Positions 24,598 through 38,209 of a stretch of DNA of 64,000 nucleotides are shown one piece after another. The notes below the pieces were generated by a model. That model was not told the origin of the DNA, searched no databases, and saw only the letters and a list, made by a program, of their open reading frames with translations. The DNA is from the human T2T-CHM13v2.0 reference genome, Homo sapiens: the NCBI RefSeq assembly GCF_009914755.1, contig NC_060931.1, one strand, 5' to 3'. A program made the translations under genes and the position numbers. How positions within the stretch are numbered: the first letter of the stretch is position 1; every line of letters starts with the position of its first letter.

Positions 24598-25479
24598 AGT
24601 TAAGGTGCAACCCTGACAATATTAAAAATTCTTCCTTGCTCATATTGCAGCACCAGACACTGACTGACTGTACAGGACTTTGTAGTAACATTGCATTAAC
24701 AGAAGCATATGTGTCTGTATCTGTTTAATTCTAAGAAAGATTTAGACAGCTCAAAAAAAATATGCCATAAAACCATTAGGAGAAAAGTAAAAGAATAGGG
24801 GCCAGCTAATGGATTGGAATGAAGCAAGAATGTCAGTGCATCCATTAAATAATGACACTAGCAAAGAGTATTGAACAAACACTCATCTTAACTTGGAGAT
24901 TTCTGATGCACCAGGTCAAAAGGAAAATATGGGACACACACTCAAAATCTTACAAATAATGAAAGAACTTAAAAATAGAATAAACCATCACTTTAATGAT
25001 TAAATTAGCATTTAAAAAAGAAATTATAATACCTGATGCTTGTGATGTTGTAGCTTACTGATATAATCTCATATGGTTGTGACAATGTAAAAAGATATAA
25101 TAATTTTTGGAAAAGCAACTTGATTTTCTTGCTCTGTAATTGTTCTGAAAATTAATGTTATGTATAATACAAGGGAAATAAAAAGCTGTATGCATAAAAT
25201 GTTCATTGATAATGATGGATAATTCAAATTTCCCAAAGTAAGATAAGTTGACCTTGATGGCCTTCTTAGTACAGTCACTTAATAGTGAGTATGGTATGTG
25301 GAAAATGAGTATGTTATTAGATCAAGTGTAAAAAGCAGAGGACAGTATCATATCCATCGTATGTTTGCGATGTAAAAACATTTCGGTGCAAAGAATTGAA
25401 GGAAAAAAGATTTGTTACAATGAAAGAGTTCTATGTTGCTTTTTTATTATAGAATTCTGATAAAGATGTTATACCGTTT

Positions 25480-26370
25480 GATTTTCACTGAGAGTGAAAT
25501 GGCTATCTGAATAATCTGAGCAGAGGAATGGTGGGACTTGAGTTATGTTTTTGGAGGATTTCTTTGGACATTGTGTCAAGCAGAGACCGACGGTAGCCAG
25601 AGCGGAAGTGGGAGCCCACGTAGGGAATCAGCTCATCCTTCTATGCAACATTAAATGGAGGTATTTTAGAACAGACGCACAGTTAGTGAGGGAGGTAGTG
25701 AGATGTGAGGGTGGTTTTGATATATTTTGGAGGTAAAATCAGTAGGCTCTGTTGATGAATGTGAGGTAGGTTATGAGAGAAAGAGAAGAATCAAAGATGA
25801 CTCTATGTGGTTTGACCTCAGTAATTGGAAAAATGGAGTGGCCATTTACTGAGGTGGGGAAAGACTGAAACAGGTTTTTCTGAGGGGAGAGGAGGAGAGG
25901 GTATAAAGGGAAATCAGAAATTGATTTGGGGGATGTCAGTGAGATATCCAAGTGGCATTGCCAAGGAGGTTGTGGGAGTTTCCAGTTTGGAGCTGAGATA
26001 AACTCTCTTGGCTGGATATATCAATTTAGAAAGTGTTGGTGCATAAATGAGACTTCAAGGTCATCAAGGGAGAGTGTGTAGACAGAGCAGAGAAAGAGGG
26101 CTGAGCACCAAGCACTTGCATTTGAAAAAGAGTATCAGGCAAGGAGGAGGAAGGTGAGAATGTGGGGTGTTGTGGAAGCCCAGGAAGGCAATTTTCTAGG
26201 AGATGGGGATGATCCATTGTCTCAAGTGTGGCTGATTGATCATGTAAGAAGAGGATGGAGAAGTGCCACTGGGATTAGCAGCATGGAGTTCATTAGTGAT
26301 GTTGACAAGAAAGGCTCTGATGGAATGATGAGGGTAAAAGCCTGACTGGAGTGGGTTTAAAAGAGAGTGG
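25480..26370. mobile_element. L2 LINE remnant
   Basis: Purine-rich degenerate L2 motifs (gagagaaagagaagaatcaaagatgactct, ccatttactgaggtgggg). Confidence 0.65.
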
Positions 26371-26375
26371 GGGCA

Positions 26376-27007
<632 letters not shown>

Positions 27008-27218
27008 TCACATTGCCTGGGACTGAGAGTCCCTTGTTCCAGGAAACATCTCAGTCCTGGGCAACTGGGGAAGGTTGGTCCAACTTCCCCCAGCAATGGT
27101 TCAACTCTGGGCAGTACCTTTGTTCCTGAGAGGCTTTGAGGATTCAAGCCAGCATGGCCTGTGCAGGTCCTTGATGGCTGCATTGACTTTTCCCTCTTTC
27201 CCTCTTTCCCCACTGCAA

Positions 27219-27558
27219 CATGGATGTTGCAGTGAACCTTCTCCAGACCATTTTGAAGTGAGTGAAAAAGAAAAACATAACTAAGTATCAATATGTTGTT
27301 TTTTTACCTTATTTTTAAATGGGAAATAAAAATTACTAATTGTTGGATTTAAAAAAACCTCACAATAATGTTACCTTGAAACAAGAGGAGCTTCTGCACC
27401 TCCACGAACGTCCCTCATCTGTCTGTGTACATATTTTATATACAGGCAGTGATGTTGTTCAGAGCGTGTGCTCCCTGATTTAAAAAAGTCAGCGCCATAT
27501 TTTAATATTTCATATGTTGTTATAGTTTATAAATGGCCAGTTTTAATCGCTGCAGCAT
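27219..27558 (+). repeat. 340-bp direct duplicate of 30092-30432 (last 39 nt of exon 6, donor and intron 6 start)
   Basis: Manual alignment shows 4 substitutions and a 1-bp indel. Confidence 0.97.
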
Positions 27559-27679
27559 TCTTTCCACCTCCTCAGCTCCTTCTTCCTGGGACCATCTCCT
27601 GAATAAGCCACCTATATACAAGTCCTTGTTGCAGGGGAACCTAAACGGAGACAGGAGATATGGATTTATTTTCCTTCTT

Positions 27680-27985
27680 TATTATTATTATTATTTTTTT
27701 AGAGACAAAAAATGCTCTGTCGTTGAGCTTCAAACTCCTGGGCTCAAGCCATCCTCTGGCCTCAGCCTCCCTAAATACTGGGATTATAGGCGTTAATCAC
27801 CATGCGTGCGTGCCTGCCTGCCTGCCTGCCTGCCTTCCTTCCTTCCTTCCTTCCTTCCTTCCTTCCTTCCTTCCTTCCTTCCTTCCTTCCTTCCTTCTTT
27901 GCTTCCTTCTTTACTTCCTTCCTTCCCTCCCTCCCTCCCTCCCTTCCATCTTTCCTCTCTCCTTTCTTCCCTCCCTCTCTCCCTG
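27680..27985. repeat. Antisense Alu monomer fragment (27680-27805) followed by (TGCC)n(TTCC)n simple repeat
   Basis: ttcaaactcctgggctcaagccatcc...gggattataggcg, then tetranucleotide runs. Confidence 0.88.
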
Positions 27986-29966
27986 TTCAGCACAGATGGA
28001 ACCATCCATTTTTTTCCCTAAATTTTTTCAATCGATGGTTTATTGAATCCAAGGATGCCTAACACACAGTTACGAAAGGCTGACTGTACTTCACTGTATA
28101 CTTCTGAAAAACAAGGTCATTCTTGAACATAACCACAGTACAATTATTAGAATCAGAAAATTAACACTAATACAATAGAATTATTTAACCTATAGACTTT
28201 TTCCAGATTTGCCAATTGTTCTAATAATGTCCTTAACAGCAAAAGAAAATCTTGGATCATGTATTGCATTCAGTTGTCCTGTCTTTAGTTTCCTTTGTTC
28301 TGGAACGGTCTTTGTTTTTATTTCATCATGATTTTTGAATAGATCACTTATTTTGTAGACTATCTATCTCAATTTTGGGGTTGCCTGATGTCTGTTCGTG
28401 ATTGCATTTGGGGTTTTGTACTTATGGCAGGAACAGCTTGTGTTTTTTAAGATGGCAGATAATAACATGCTGATAGGAATGAACCGATAGAGGGGAAAAG
28501 AGAGAATTGCTGGATGATGCTCTTGAGGGGTGGGAGAGCAGGAGGGCTGAGCTCAGCCTGAGGACTGAAGCACTGAATTTGGCTGGGGATAGATTTTTTT
28601 TTCTTTTGCCAGTGGAATATATGATAGATTGTGAGAAGAGAAGAGAGTTGAGTGGGTATTCAAGGGAAAGATCATCCAGGAATGGACCAGGGGCACGAGG
28701 GCAATGGGGACAAGAAAGAGGTGTTGGCAGAATGGAATGTGGGGCCTGGTAGGGCCAAAGAGTCATTAGAGTTGGGGAACTGTAGAAAAGGAGTGGGGTT
28801 GGTCATCGAAGAGTGAGGTGCATAAAGTTGTAGCTATTGATAATGAAAACAAAATGAAGATTTTGACCAGAGAAATGGGTGATTCAAGCAGGTGGAAGAA
28901 AATATCATTGGATGGAAGGGAGATAAAGTAACAGAGGGGATTTGAGGATCATTAGATATGGAAATTACTGAGAATGGTGGCTGAAGTCATGCCGAAAAGC
29001 ATGGTAGTGTGCTAGAAGCCAGAATCCTCCAGAAATGGAAAGAGCTCATTCTGGGAGCTTCCCAGGACCCTGCTGAGTTCTGAGACCCTCTTTTCATTCC
29101 ACTGAGAGTGGTGTGAGGAAGAGGGAGTGTGTCTCGTTTGGAGTAGTTGGACCTCTGGAGAATGCTTCTTTTTCTGTTTGTTTGTTTTAACTCTATCTCA
29201 TCTGAAAGATAAATGCTGTGACTTTTATGAGTGGTCTAAAATGCAGGACTCACTTTTATTGAAGAAATGGGAACTAGGCAGCAAGAAGAGAACCAGCAAC
29301 TGCGGAGCTTGGATCACAGAGTGTGGGGTAGTTGTTACTGGGATGTCATGGAGCATTGGGGTGTTTTTCCACCTAGGGAGAGCATGCGGGCTCAGTGAGG
29401 CACTGGAGACCCATGTTCCTTCTATTTTTGCACTTAGCCATTCTTGGCATATAATAAGAAAGCCTCGGGTATCTAGAGAAATCCAAAGGCTCTATACTAT
29501 GGGCCAGCTGCATTTGCCTTCTGATCAAGCCATCAGTGCTCAGTGAAATGTTGGGTTTTTTTGTTCATATTTGAATTACTCTCTTTTCTTTATCATTTAC
29601 ATGTAAAGAATAGATCATTACATTCTTATCCAGGATCTATGTCACAGACTTTGTTGCTTCAAAAACTGTAGAAGTTGGTACAGCTTGTTACAAAAATCGG
29701 CCTTCTTTGTCTTCTTACCCCATCCATATTTTTCCCTCCTTGTCCATATTTTTAAGCCATTAAAAAAAAATCCTCCAACTGCACAGAATAGTTTTAACAT
29801 TGTGTTCAGCAGATTGGCAAATCTGTTCAATGTAGTGATATATTAAGTGTGAGTTTCTACTAGGAGAATGTCTACAATTTTGCACCTTTGTAGCATCTGT
29901 CTGTCTCATTTACTTTATTAATAAAACTCCAGAGGGAAACTTTTGGTGTATTTTTTTTCCCATCAG

Positions 29967-30130
29967 ATGGATCTCAATAAGACCGAGGAGGTAATATTGA
30001 AACTGGAAAGCCTCCATCAGCAGCCTCATATCTGGGATTTTCTACTTTTACTGCCGAGACTACACACAAGCCATGATCATGTGGAAGATGGCATGGATGT
30101 TGCAGTGAACCTTCTCCAGACCATTTTGAA
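29967..30130 (+). CDS. ABCA13: ABCA13 exon 6 (164 nt; [55 protein letters not shown])
   Basis: cccatcag|ATG ... AA|gtgagt. Lies within ORF 29943..30134. Confidence 0.96.
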
Positions 30131-32529
30131 GTGAGTGAAAAAGAAAAACATAACTAAGTATCAATATGTTGTTTTTTTACCTTATTTTTAAAATGAGAAA
30201 TAAAAATTACTAATTGTTGGATTTAAAAAAACCTCACAATAATGTTACCTTGAAACAAGAGGAGCTTCTGCACCTCCACGAACGTCCCTCATCTGTCTGT
30301 GTACATATTTTATATACAGGCAGTGATGTTGTTCAGAGCGTGTGCTCCCTGATTTAAAAAAGTCAGCGCCATATTTTAATATTTTGTATGTTGTTATAGT
30401 TTATAAATGGCCAGTTTTAATGGCTGCAGCATATATCATTCTGGTAAAGTACTATATACTGTAATTTACTTAATAAATTTGGCATTGGATTTTTGGTTGT
30501 TTCTGAGTTTTTCACTATTAGAGATAGGCTTGAATATAATAATTTCAACTAATTTCTTAAGAAATTATGCCATAGTTGCCCAGTATAGCATTCAGAACTG
30601 ATAAGCTCAGTTGCTTCAGTTGTGTAATTCAGTTAGCTGGACGTTGGTCTCCTATGCTGGATTTGACCCCCATGTTACCTGGGGTGACCTTTGGGAGCAT
30701 CCCTTCCCGTGGTGGGCTTCTTATGCCTTAATCAGCATGGCCCTCTTTTATAACCAATTGAATTATTTTGTGTAAACTCATTGTATGAATAATGGGTTTT
30801 ATTATTTTTCATTAGCAAAGGTTTATATTCTTCTCTGTTTTTTAACTGTTACTTATTCTATCTGCCATTGGTGAGAGCCACATTACCCTTAAGCTACAAC
30901 AAAAAGGGCCCTGTCCTGGGGCCTGTGCTTTGGGGAGGTCCCCGTTCTGGCTTTCCCTGGACTGTGCCTCTGCTCATGGCTCAGACTGCCCATGGGGTGA
31001 AGGGGATGTGTCCACGGAGCCCACACACCCTGATTCCCTCTCACCCTGGAGTTCCCTAATTTAATGACCAGATCATGGTCAAGCCTCTTTTCTGGCCCCT
31101 CCTTCTGAGGGCAAGTCTTAACACTGGACTGTGGCTCCTGCAGCCCAAGGGTATTCTAGGGATGGCTGCAGCCATTGGCAGGAGTGTGGGGTGGGAGGCA
31201 CAGGTGCTGTTGGGCTTTGTAGGCTGGAGGACCTACCTATGTGCACTGAGGCCCCTTGAGGTACAGACCAAGCTGAGGGTGGGGAGCACATAGGGGAGGA
31301 GTGGACTGAAGGTTGGGGCCAGGGACAGGTGCTCCCCAAACTCCCACATTCTGGTGCGTAACTCTGAGGATCACAAAATTCTAAATTTGAATGTAGCTTT
31401 CCAAGTTGTTATGAAGATCTATTTGTCAATGTAGGAAAATGGAACGTATTTTGATAGTTAGTTAGCTTGATTTATAACTTAAATATTTGAACATATTTGA
31501 AATGCCTCCCTTTGTATTCTTGCCCGAAGCTCTGACTGTGTTAGCAGTGAACAACGAAAATAATTGGCTATTCTGAGAGATGCAAAATTTAAAATGAGAA
31601 GATATTGATGACAGTTGTTGAACCATATCAGCTTCAGTATAAATTGTATTTCCATATTTGGCTTCAGTGGCATGATATCAAGAAAATCTGCATTCATAGA
31701 AGTATTTGCAAGTGGTACCAGGTTTCAGTGATATATCTTATAATCCTGGGATACGCTTCAATACACAAAGTTGTCATAAAAGATTTTTCTTGATGAAAAT
31801 CTACAAGGAAATAATCTGTTTGGAAGCACAGCTTATGATTGTGTTGGTCTCATGTTGCTAAAATGCAGATATATTCCAACTTCTGTTGAGTGCATTTTCT
31901 AATCTACAAATTTAAGCATATTTATTTATAAAATAAAATATTAATATTTTAAAAATAAAATTAATATGTATATGTAGATTCTCCCTCCCCAAAGCTCCTT
32001 GTTCTTTGAAACAGTTTAACAGCCACTGATTAACCCTTGACCTATTCAGATCCATAGGTTAAGACAGGGTGGAGGATTGAGGTACATGGTATTGCCCCCC
32101 AAATATTAGACTGATTATCTGAACTTGAAGCAGCCAGGCTGACTGTTCATTTGCTTTTCTAACATAGCAGCCCTTTGCACCCTGGCTGGCCTCATCAGCT
32201 GCCCTGCGGCAGGAAGAATCAAGGCTGAGTATAAAATAACACCTATGGCAGAGCCAATGCAAACTTGAGTTCTGTGTCAAAGGCAGAGTGGAAGATGGCC
32301 TAAGTTCTCAAGTGTTTCAAGAGAAGACCTTACCTCTTACATTTAGTTACTAGTTCAGGGAGTTAGGGTCACATTAAAGCCACAAAGAATGCTGACATGT
32401 AAATGGTCCAGCCACATCTTGCAACAGCACTAGGGGCCCAGTCCATGGGATGTAAGTAAACCTAGAATTGATGCTACTTGTTTTGCTAACTACCCACTCA
32501 TATTGCTTTTTGTTTTGTTTTGGTTCTAG

Positions 32530-32660
32530 TTCCTTAATATCCCTAGAAGATTTAGATTGGCTTCCACTCAACCAAACTTTTTCCCAGGTTTCTGAACTTG
32601 TACTGAATGTGACCATTTCGACACTGACATTTCTGCAGCAACATGGAGTAGCAGTCACCG
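32530..32660 (+). CDS. ABCA13: ABCA13 exon 7 (131 nt; [43 protein letters not shown])
   Basis: ttctag|T ... ACCG|gtatgg. Lies within ORF 32468..32677. Confidence 0.95.
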
Positions 32661-33269
32661 GTATGGGTGCCTTGTAGCTATTGCTATATTTCAAAACGTT
32701 TAACTACTTAAATTCATTGACAGTTGACATAGAGCTAAAATGATGTTCAAAATGATTTAATTAAAATTTCAAATTCAAAAAAGTATCAATTGTTTCTGTT
32801 AATACAAGACAAAAATAGAATAAAAATTTTGAACTCGAAACTGAATTTGACTTTCTACCACTGTTGACATTCTGCAGTCATTGCTAATATAAATGATATT
32901 TTTAAGTTAAAAATAACTGATTTTAAAGTTCTTTGACTTTATTTCATCTAATATTAGACCTATCACTAGCTCTGTGATTTTAATCTTTCCTCTCTCTAAG
33001 CTCCTATTGGGAGGAAATATTTTAAAAATGGCAAAGCTAGTAAGAGGAGGCAGGTTGATGTGGACTTACAGAGTCCCTAACTAAATAAGCAGCCCTACCA
33101 CAGGGGAGGGAATGGAATTATATAGCTCTTTTCTTGATCCAGGATATTATTATTTCCTGAATTACCAATTGAGTCTGAGCTTTTTACTTTTAATTCCCTT
33201 CTTTTCTCTATTTTTCTATCTTTGGCTATTTCTCTAAGGGAAATACAGTGAGAGAACAACAAAGTTGGA

Positions 33270-33580
33270 ATTCATCCACCCATTTATCTGTTCATCTGTC
33301 CATCCATCCACCCACACATCCATTCATCCATCCATCCATCTGCCTACCCATTCACCCACTAAACAACTCATCAACCTCTTTATACATCTATCCATCTATT
33401 CGTCCATTAATCCATCCATCTATCCATCTATTCATCCATTAATCCATCCATCCGTCCATCCATCCATCCATCCATCCACTCACTCATCCATTCATCTGTC
33501 CATCCACCTCCCCATTCATCTACTCACCAACCCACCAACCCATTCATCTGTTCATTTATTTATTCATTCTCTCATTGAAT
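33270..33580 (+). repeat. Degenerate (CCAT)n/(TCAT)n repeat at an L2 3' tail
   Basis: Low-complexity CCATCCAT array; it produces the His/Pro/Ser ORFs at 33248-33582. Confidence 0.85.
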
Positions 33581-33656
33581 AAACAACGAGCACTTCCTAT
33601 GAGCCAAACACTTCCCCAGAGAGTGGGAATAAAAAGCTGAATAAGACATAGTTCTT

Positions 33657-33884
33657 TAATGAGAATGCATGGACACAGGGAGGGGAACAACATACACCAG
33701 GTCCAGTCGTCGGGTCGGGGGAGAGGGGAGGGAGAGCATTAGGACAAATAGCTAATGCATGCGGGTCTTAAAACCTAGATGATGGGTTGATAGGTGCAGC
33801 AAATCACCATGGAACATGTATACCTATGTAATAAACCTGCACATTCTGCACTTGTATCCCGGAACTTAAAGTTAAAAAAAAAAA
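33657..33884 (+). mobile_element. 5'-truncated L1PA 3' end, sense orientation
   Basis: L1PA 3'UTR (ggacacagggaggggaacaacat...ggaacttaaag) with poly-A and a 14-bp TSD aagacatagttctt/aaggcatagttctt. Confidence 0.92.
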
Positions 33885-34365
33885 AAGGCATAGTTCTTAC
33901 TTTCAAGGAAGTCATGTTTAGTAAAGGAGAGAGATATGTCAATAATAAAAAACAAACAAACAAACAAACAAAAAACAAAGACCACAGAGTAAGGATCTGA
34001 CATCTGCTTCAGGAAAAACTTCAAGGAGGAGTTTTGAAGGGTGAGTTGGAGTTTATCAAAGAGATGAGGGAGCATTTCCAGGAAGAGAGAAGACTGTGAG
34101 ATACTTGGGCTTGCTGAGAGCTGTGAATGTTTGACATTCAGTGTGTCTGAGGTACAGTGGGCAGTAGCAGGGGGTGGCATAGAAAGGAGCCCAGGCCAAA
34201 ACACGAGTGGCCATGGGAGCAGTAGAATTAGATCTGCATTATAGAAAGACACTCCTGGGCCGGTGTGAGGAGTAGATTGGAGGCAGGTAGTTCTGGGGTT
34301 CAGGATCCTGGGAGCAAGTCTTCCATCAGCCACTTTCTCCTGAGGTCTCAGTCTCCTGAACTATT

Positions 34366-34667
<302 letters not shown>

Positions 34668-34842
34668 TGAACTATTGTACAATGAGATTGTTATACACAG
34701 ATATTTCTACAATCCCATTCAGAATTTTGCTGCTTCATGGAGCAAACTAACATGAAACCCTCTATGGCCCCAAATTCCACCTTTCCACCTGTTGCTTCTT
34801 TCTTCTTGTTGCTTGTGACTCAGCACAGTGAGACCCACATGG

Positions 34843-34844
<2 letters not shown>

Positions 34845-34880
<36 letters not shown>
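34845..34880 (+). repeat. Pure T36 homopolymer
   Basis: Direct count. Confidence 0.95.
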
Positions 34881-34882
<2 letters not shown>

Positions 34883-36733
34883 CTTTCTGTAAGAGAAAGC
34901 TAGCTCATTAACGTTTAACTCCATTTTCAGGTTAGGTTAGTTCCACTGGGAAGTATTTCTTATGCTGAGAACAAAACCCAGAGGTGGGGTGCGAGATGAA
35001 TAAAACACCTCATCGAAATCTTCCCAGTGACCTTAATTTAACAGACTCATTTAGAAGCTCAAGTTTTTGTACATCATCCAAATTACAACAACAAATTTGC
35101 CTTACAATTGAAAATGTAATTACCGTTAAGAATGTAATTAAAATAAACAATTTTCTATTAACTCTCCAGCGAGTCAAAGCTAAGGAACACTATTACAAAA
35201 CATACTTTGAGAGGTAACTAAAAATTGTCTTCATGTCTCTTGTCTCCAAGAAAAATTCTTTTGCTTGATGAGCCAATTCCAATGTGAAGAGGAAGGGATG
35301 AGTGGCCTCATGTGGCTTTAGGCTACTGGTCCAATTATGTTATGCACTAAAACTGTTAATCTACACATTCTGAATTCTCTGTTGTTTAGCAACAAATTTC
35401 TGAATCCAAGTTGTCTTTCACTTTTTGAGAAAGATTTTATACTTTTATAAGTATGCTACACTGATGTCACTATTTTTTCTCTCCTTTCTGGAACTCTGTG
35501 AGTAATTCTAATACCTTCTGAGACCAGTAGAGATTAATAGTTACAGCTCAGCTTTGGAAGCCAGATCATTTGGGTTTGAATCAGAGGCTTAATCTAACAA
35601 GTGGGACTCTAAGAAAAAGGGGATAATTACAGCATCTACCTCATAGTGTTGTTGGAGGACTAAGTGAGACCTCCTATGGTGTATTCTTAGTCTAGGTCCT
35701 AGTACCTCTTCAACATACAATAAATGCTGGTTTTAATCTCAGACACCAATCTTTTTTCCTCCCATGATGCCATGTAAAGGCAATCAGACTGGAAACAAAA
35801 AATCTTGTATTTCTGGGATTTTCCCCATCTTTAATACCTTCCTGAAGTCCCCGTTGACTTGGTCTGTCTTTGTGAATGTCATGGATTGTGCTTTTTTTTG
35901 TAGACCTCACTGCAATTATAAGGATCCTATGAGATAATGCATGTGAAAATGGCTTATTAGTGGCTGGCAGGTGAAGGGGCTCAGTCAATGGGTGTTGAAT
36001 CATCATGATCTGAAACAATCTAATTTCTAAATGAAGGTTCAAGATTCAAACACACCAAGAAATTTATGTGTTTTTATGTTTGCAGTTGCTGAGGCATACT
36101 CCCCAGAGATTTTGTCATACCTTGGGGGTCTTCGATTTATATTTTGAATGTGTCACTACTAGATAGTGCCATGGGTTTTTTGGGTAGCTCATGAATTTTA
36201 TATGTTGATAACTTGAGTTAGGGGAACTTTTTCTTATGACTTCAAATAATTATTGAGAATACAGTTTTAAAGACTCCATAGTATTTTATGCTATGGATAT
36301 ACTATAATTTATCCTTTCCCTGGATACTAGACACTTAACTGGTTTTCAATATTTTATCAGTATAGAACCAATAAAATATTGTCGTACCTTAATTTTTGCT
36401 CAGATATCTGATTAAGCTTCTTGAGAAAGACTTTTAGAAGTGAAATTATTGGGTTCAATGACTTGAATTTTATAAAGCTCTTGAAATATGTTTTAAAATT
36501 ATCTTCTGGAAATGTTGCAACCATTTGTGCCAGGGAGCATGGGACACTTCATCATTCTCTCTATAGCAGCAAGTGTTTATTCTGTTTGCTTTTTCTATCT
36601 GATGCCCCAGTGGTGTTTGGTCTTCATTTGCTCTTCCTTTAGAGGTGAAAAAAGGTATTTTTTTTCTGGATTACATTAAACATATCAAAATATTCAAACA
36701 ACTGCTGGTGTAAATCTTTTGTTATTCCAACAG

Positions 36734-36867
36734 AGCCAGTTTACCACCTGTCCATGCAGAATATAGTGTGGGATCCACAGAAAGTCCAGTATGATCTCAA
36801 ATCCCAGTTTGGCTTTGATGATCTTCACACGGAACAGATCCTGAACTCTTCAGCTGAACTGAAGGAG
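36734..36867 (+). CDS. ABCA13: ABCA13 exon 8 (134 nt; [45 protein letters not shown])
   Basis: ccaacag|AG ... GAG|gtacac. Phases 1 and 0 fit the neighbouring exons. Confidence 0.94.
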
Positions 36868-38209
36868 GTACACATGCTTGACTGCTTCTCACACCGCTGG
36901 GCCTTTCCTGGAGACTGGATCTAGAGCATGCTGCTGGGGCAGGGTGAGCGGGTGCCACGGGAGAGGCAGCCAGACAGGAGAGTTCGGCCAAAACCCGAGC
37001 TCCTTACGCAGAAGAGACCCCTACTGTCTCCAGCTTTTCTAGAAGTGTCTCTTTCTTCTTACCATGTAGTTTTATCCCAGAATGGAAAGGCAGCTTAGAA
37101 ATAATATGACACTTGATTGCTCTGGGAACTAGCAGTGGGAGAGGCCAGGTCAAGTGAGGGTGTGAGATTCTGAAGACAGCGCTAGTGGGGTCCAGGTAGG
37201 AAGATGGTGCACCAGCTGTAGTGAGTGGGGATACAAGTGGGTGAATTTCCAGGTAAAGAGATAGTTTTCATTAGAAGAGTAGGAGCTGTACGTTATGGAT
37301 GCCTGCTGGGTTCACCAAAGTTGAGCCTCTTCCCTAACTAGGTGAAATAAGGGAGTTGGACTGGATGATCGATCCCCAAGACCCAGTTCACTGTTGGTAT
37401 TGCTGAGGTTCTGGGAGATATCTTTTAGTTACAGAGTCCCTTTTGTCACTCCAGCCCATTTGTAGGCACTTCTGCTTTGCATGGTGCAGGTCCAAGAACT
37501 ATGCGGGACCTGGAGCTTTGGTCCATAGACTCCACCTCCAGGGTTAGAGCATTTCTGGTGCAGCTCCTAGGTCAGTGTTGAGTTAGGAATGTTTGGAGAG
37601 GACCCACTCTCTTCCATTAGGATCTCAGTCCATGCTGGTTATGTAGATTTTGCTCACTTTTTTGTGAGTTCCCCACAACCTGGTCTTCCCAGATAGCACT
37701 TTTCACATTTCAGTGCAGCTAGTTTGTGTTCAGACTGTTGCTTTCAGTATTTAGACTCTGGATCTGTGCTCTCAGTCTCAGGGGTTAGATGGTTGGGTTG
37801 CAGCCAGCAGACCCTCATGCTGGCTTGGTGTTTGAAAACCCAGTTCTACCAGGTAGGTTTAGGCTTCACCAAAGTATACTAAATTTTGTGCTTCTTGTAT
37901 CCCTGGCACAATTTTATTAATCATCTCACAATTTTATGAACTATCTACCTACCACAGGACTTGAAATTGTGACCCTTGGGTTTTCTCATGGATGCTGATG
38001 TAGATGGAATATGAAACCCCAGTTGGCTGACTTTTATTCTAGTTTTCTCCATCTTTATAACCCCGTTTTCTCATTATATTATAGTTTGAGTGAACTATGT
38101 AAAACTTTTACCTTAGAATGTTCAATATATTGAGATTAGAATTAAAAGGAAAGTGATCAGAAAATACCACTGTGTATATCAACAGAGCTCCATGGAAATT
38201 GTACATCAT

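Noticed and set aside
27660-28062. ORFs with LPSF/EGRK repeats; also the His/Pro/Ser ORFs at 33248-33582
   Set aside because: Translations of simple tetranucleotide repeats.
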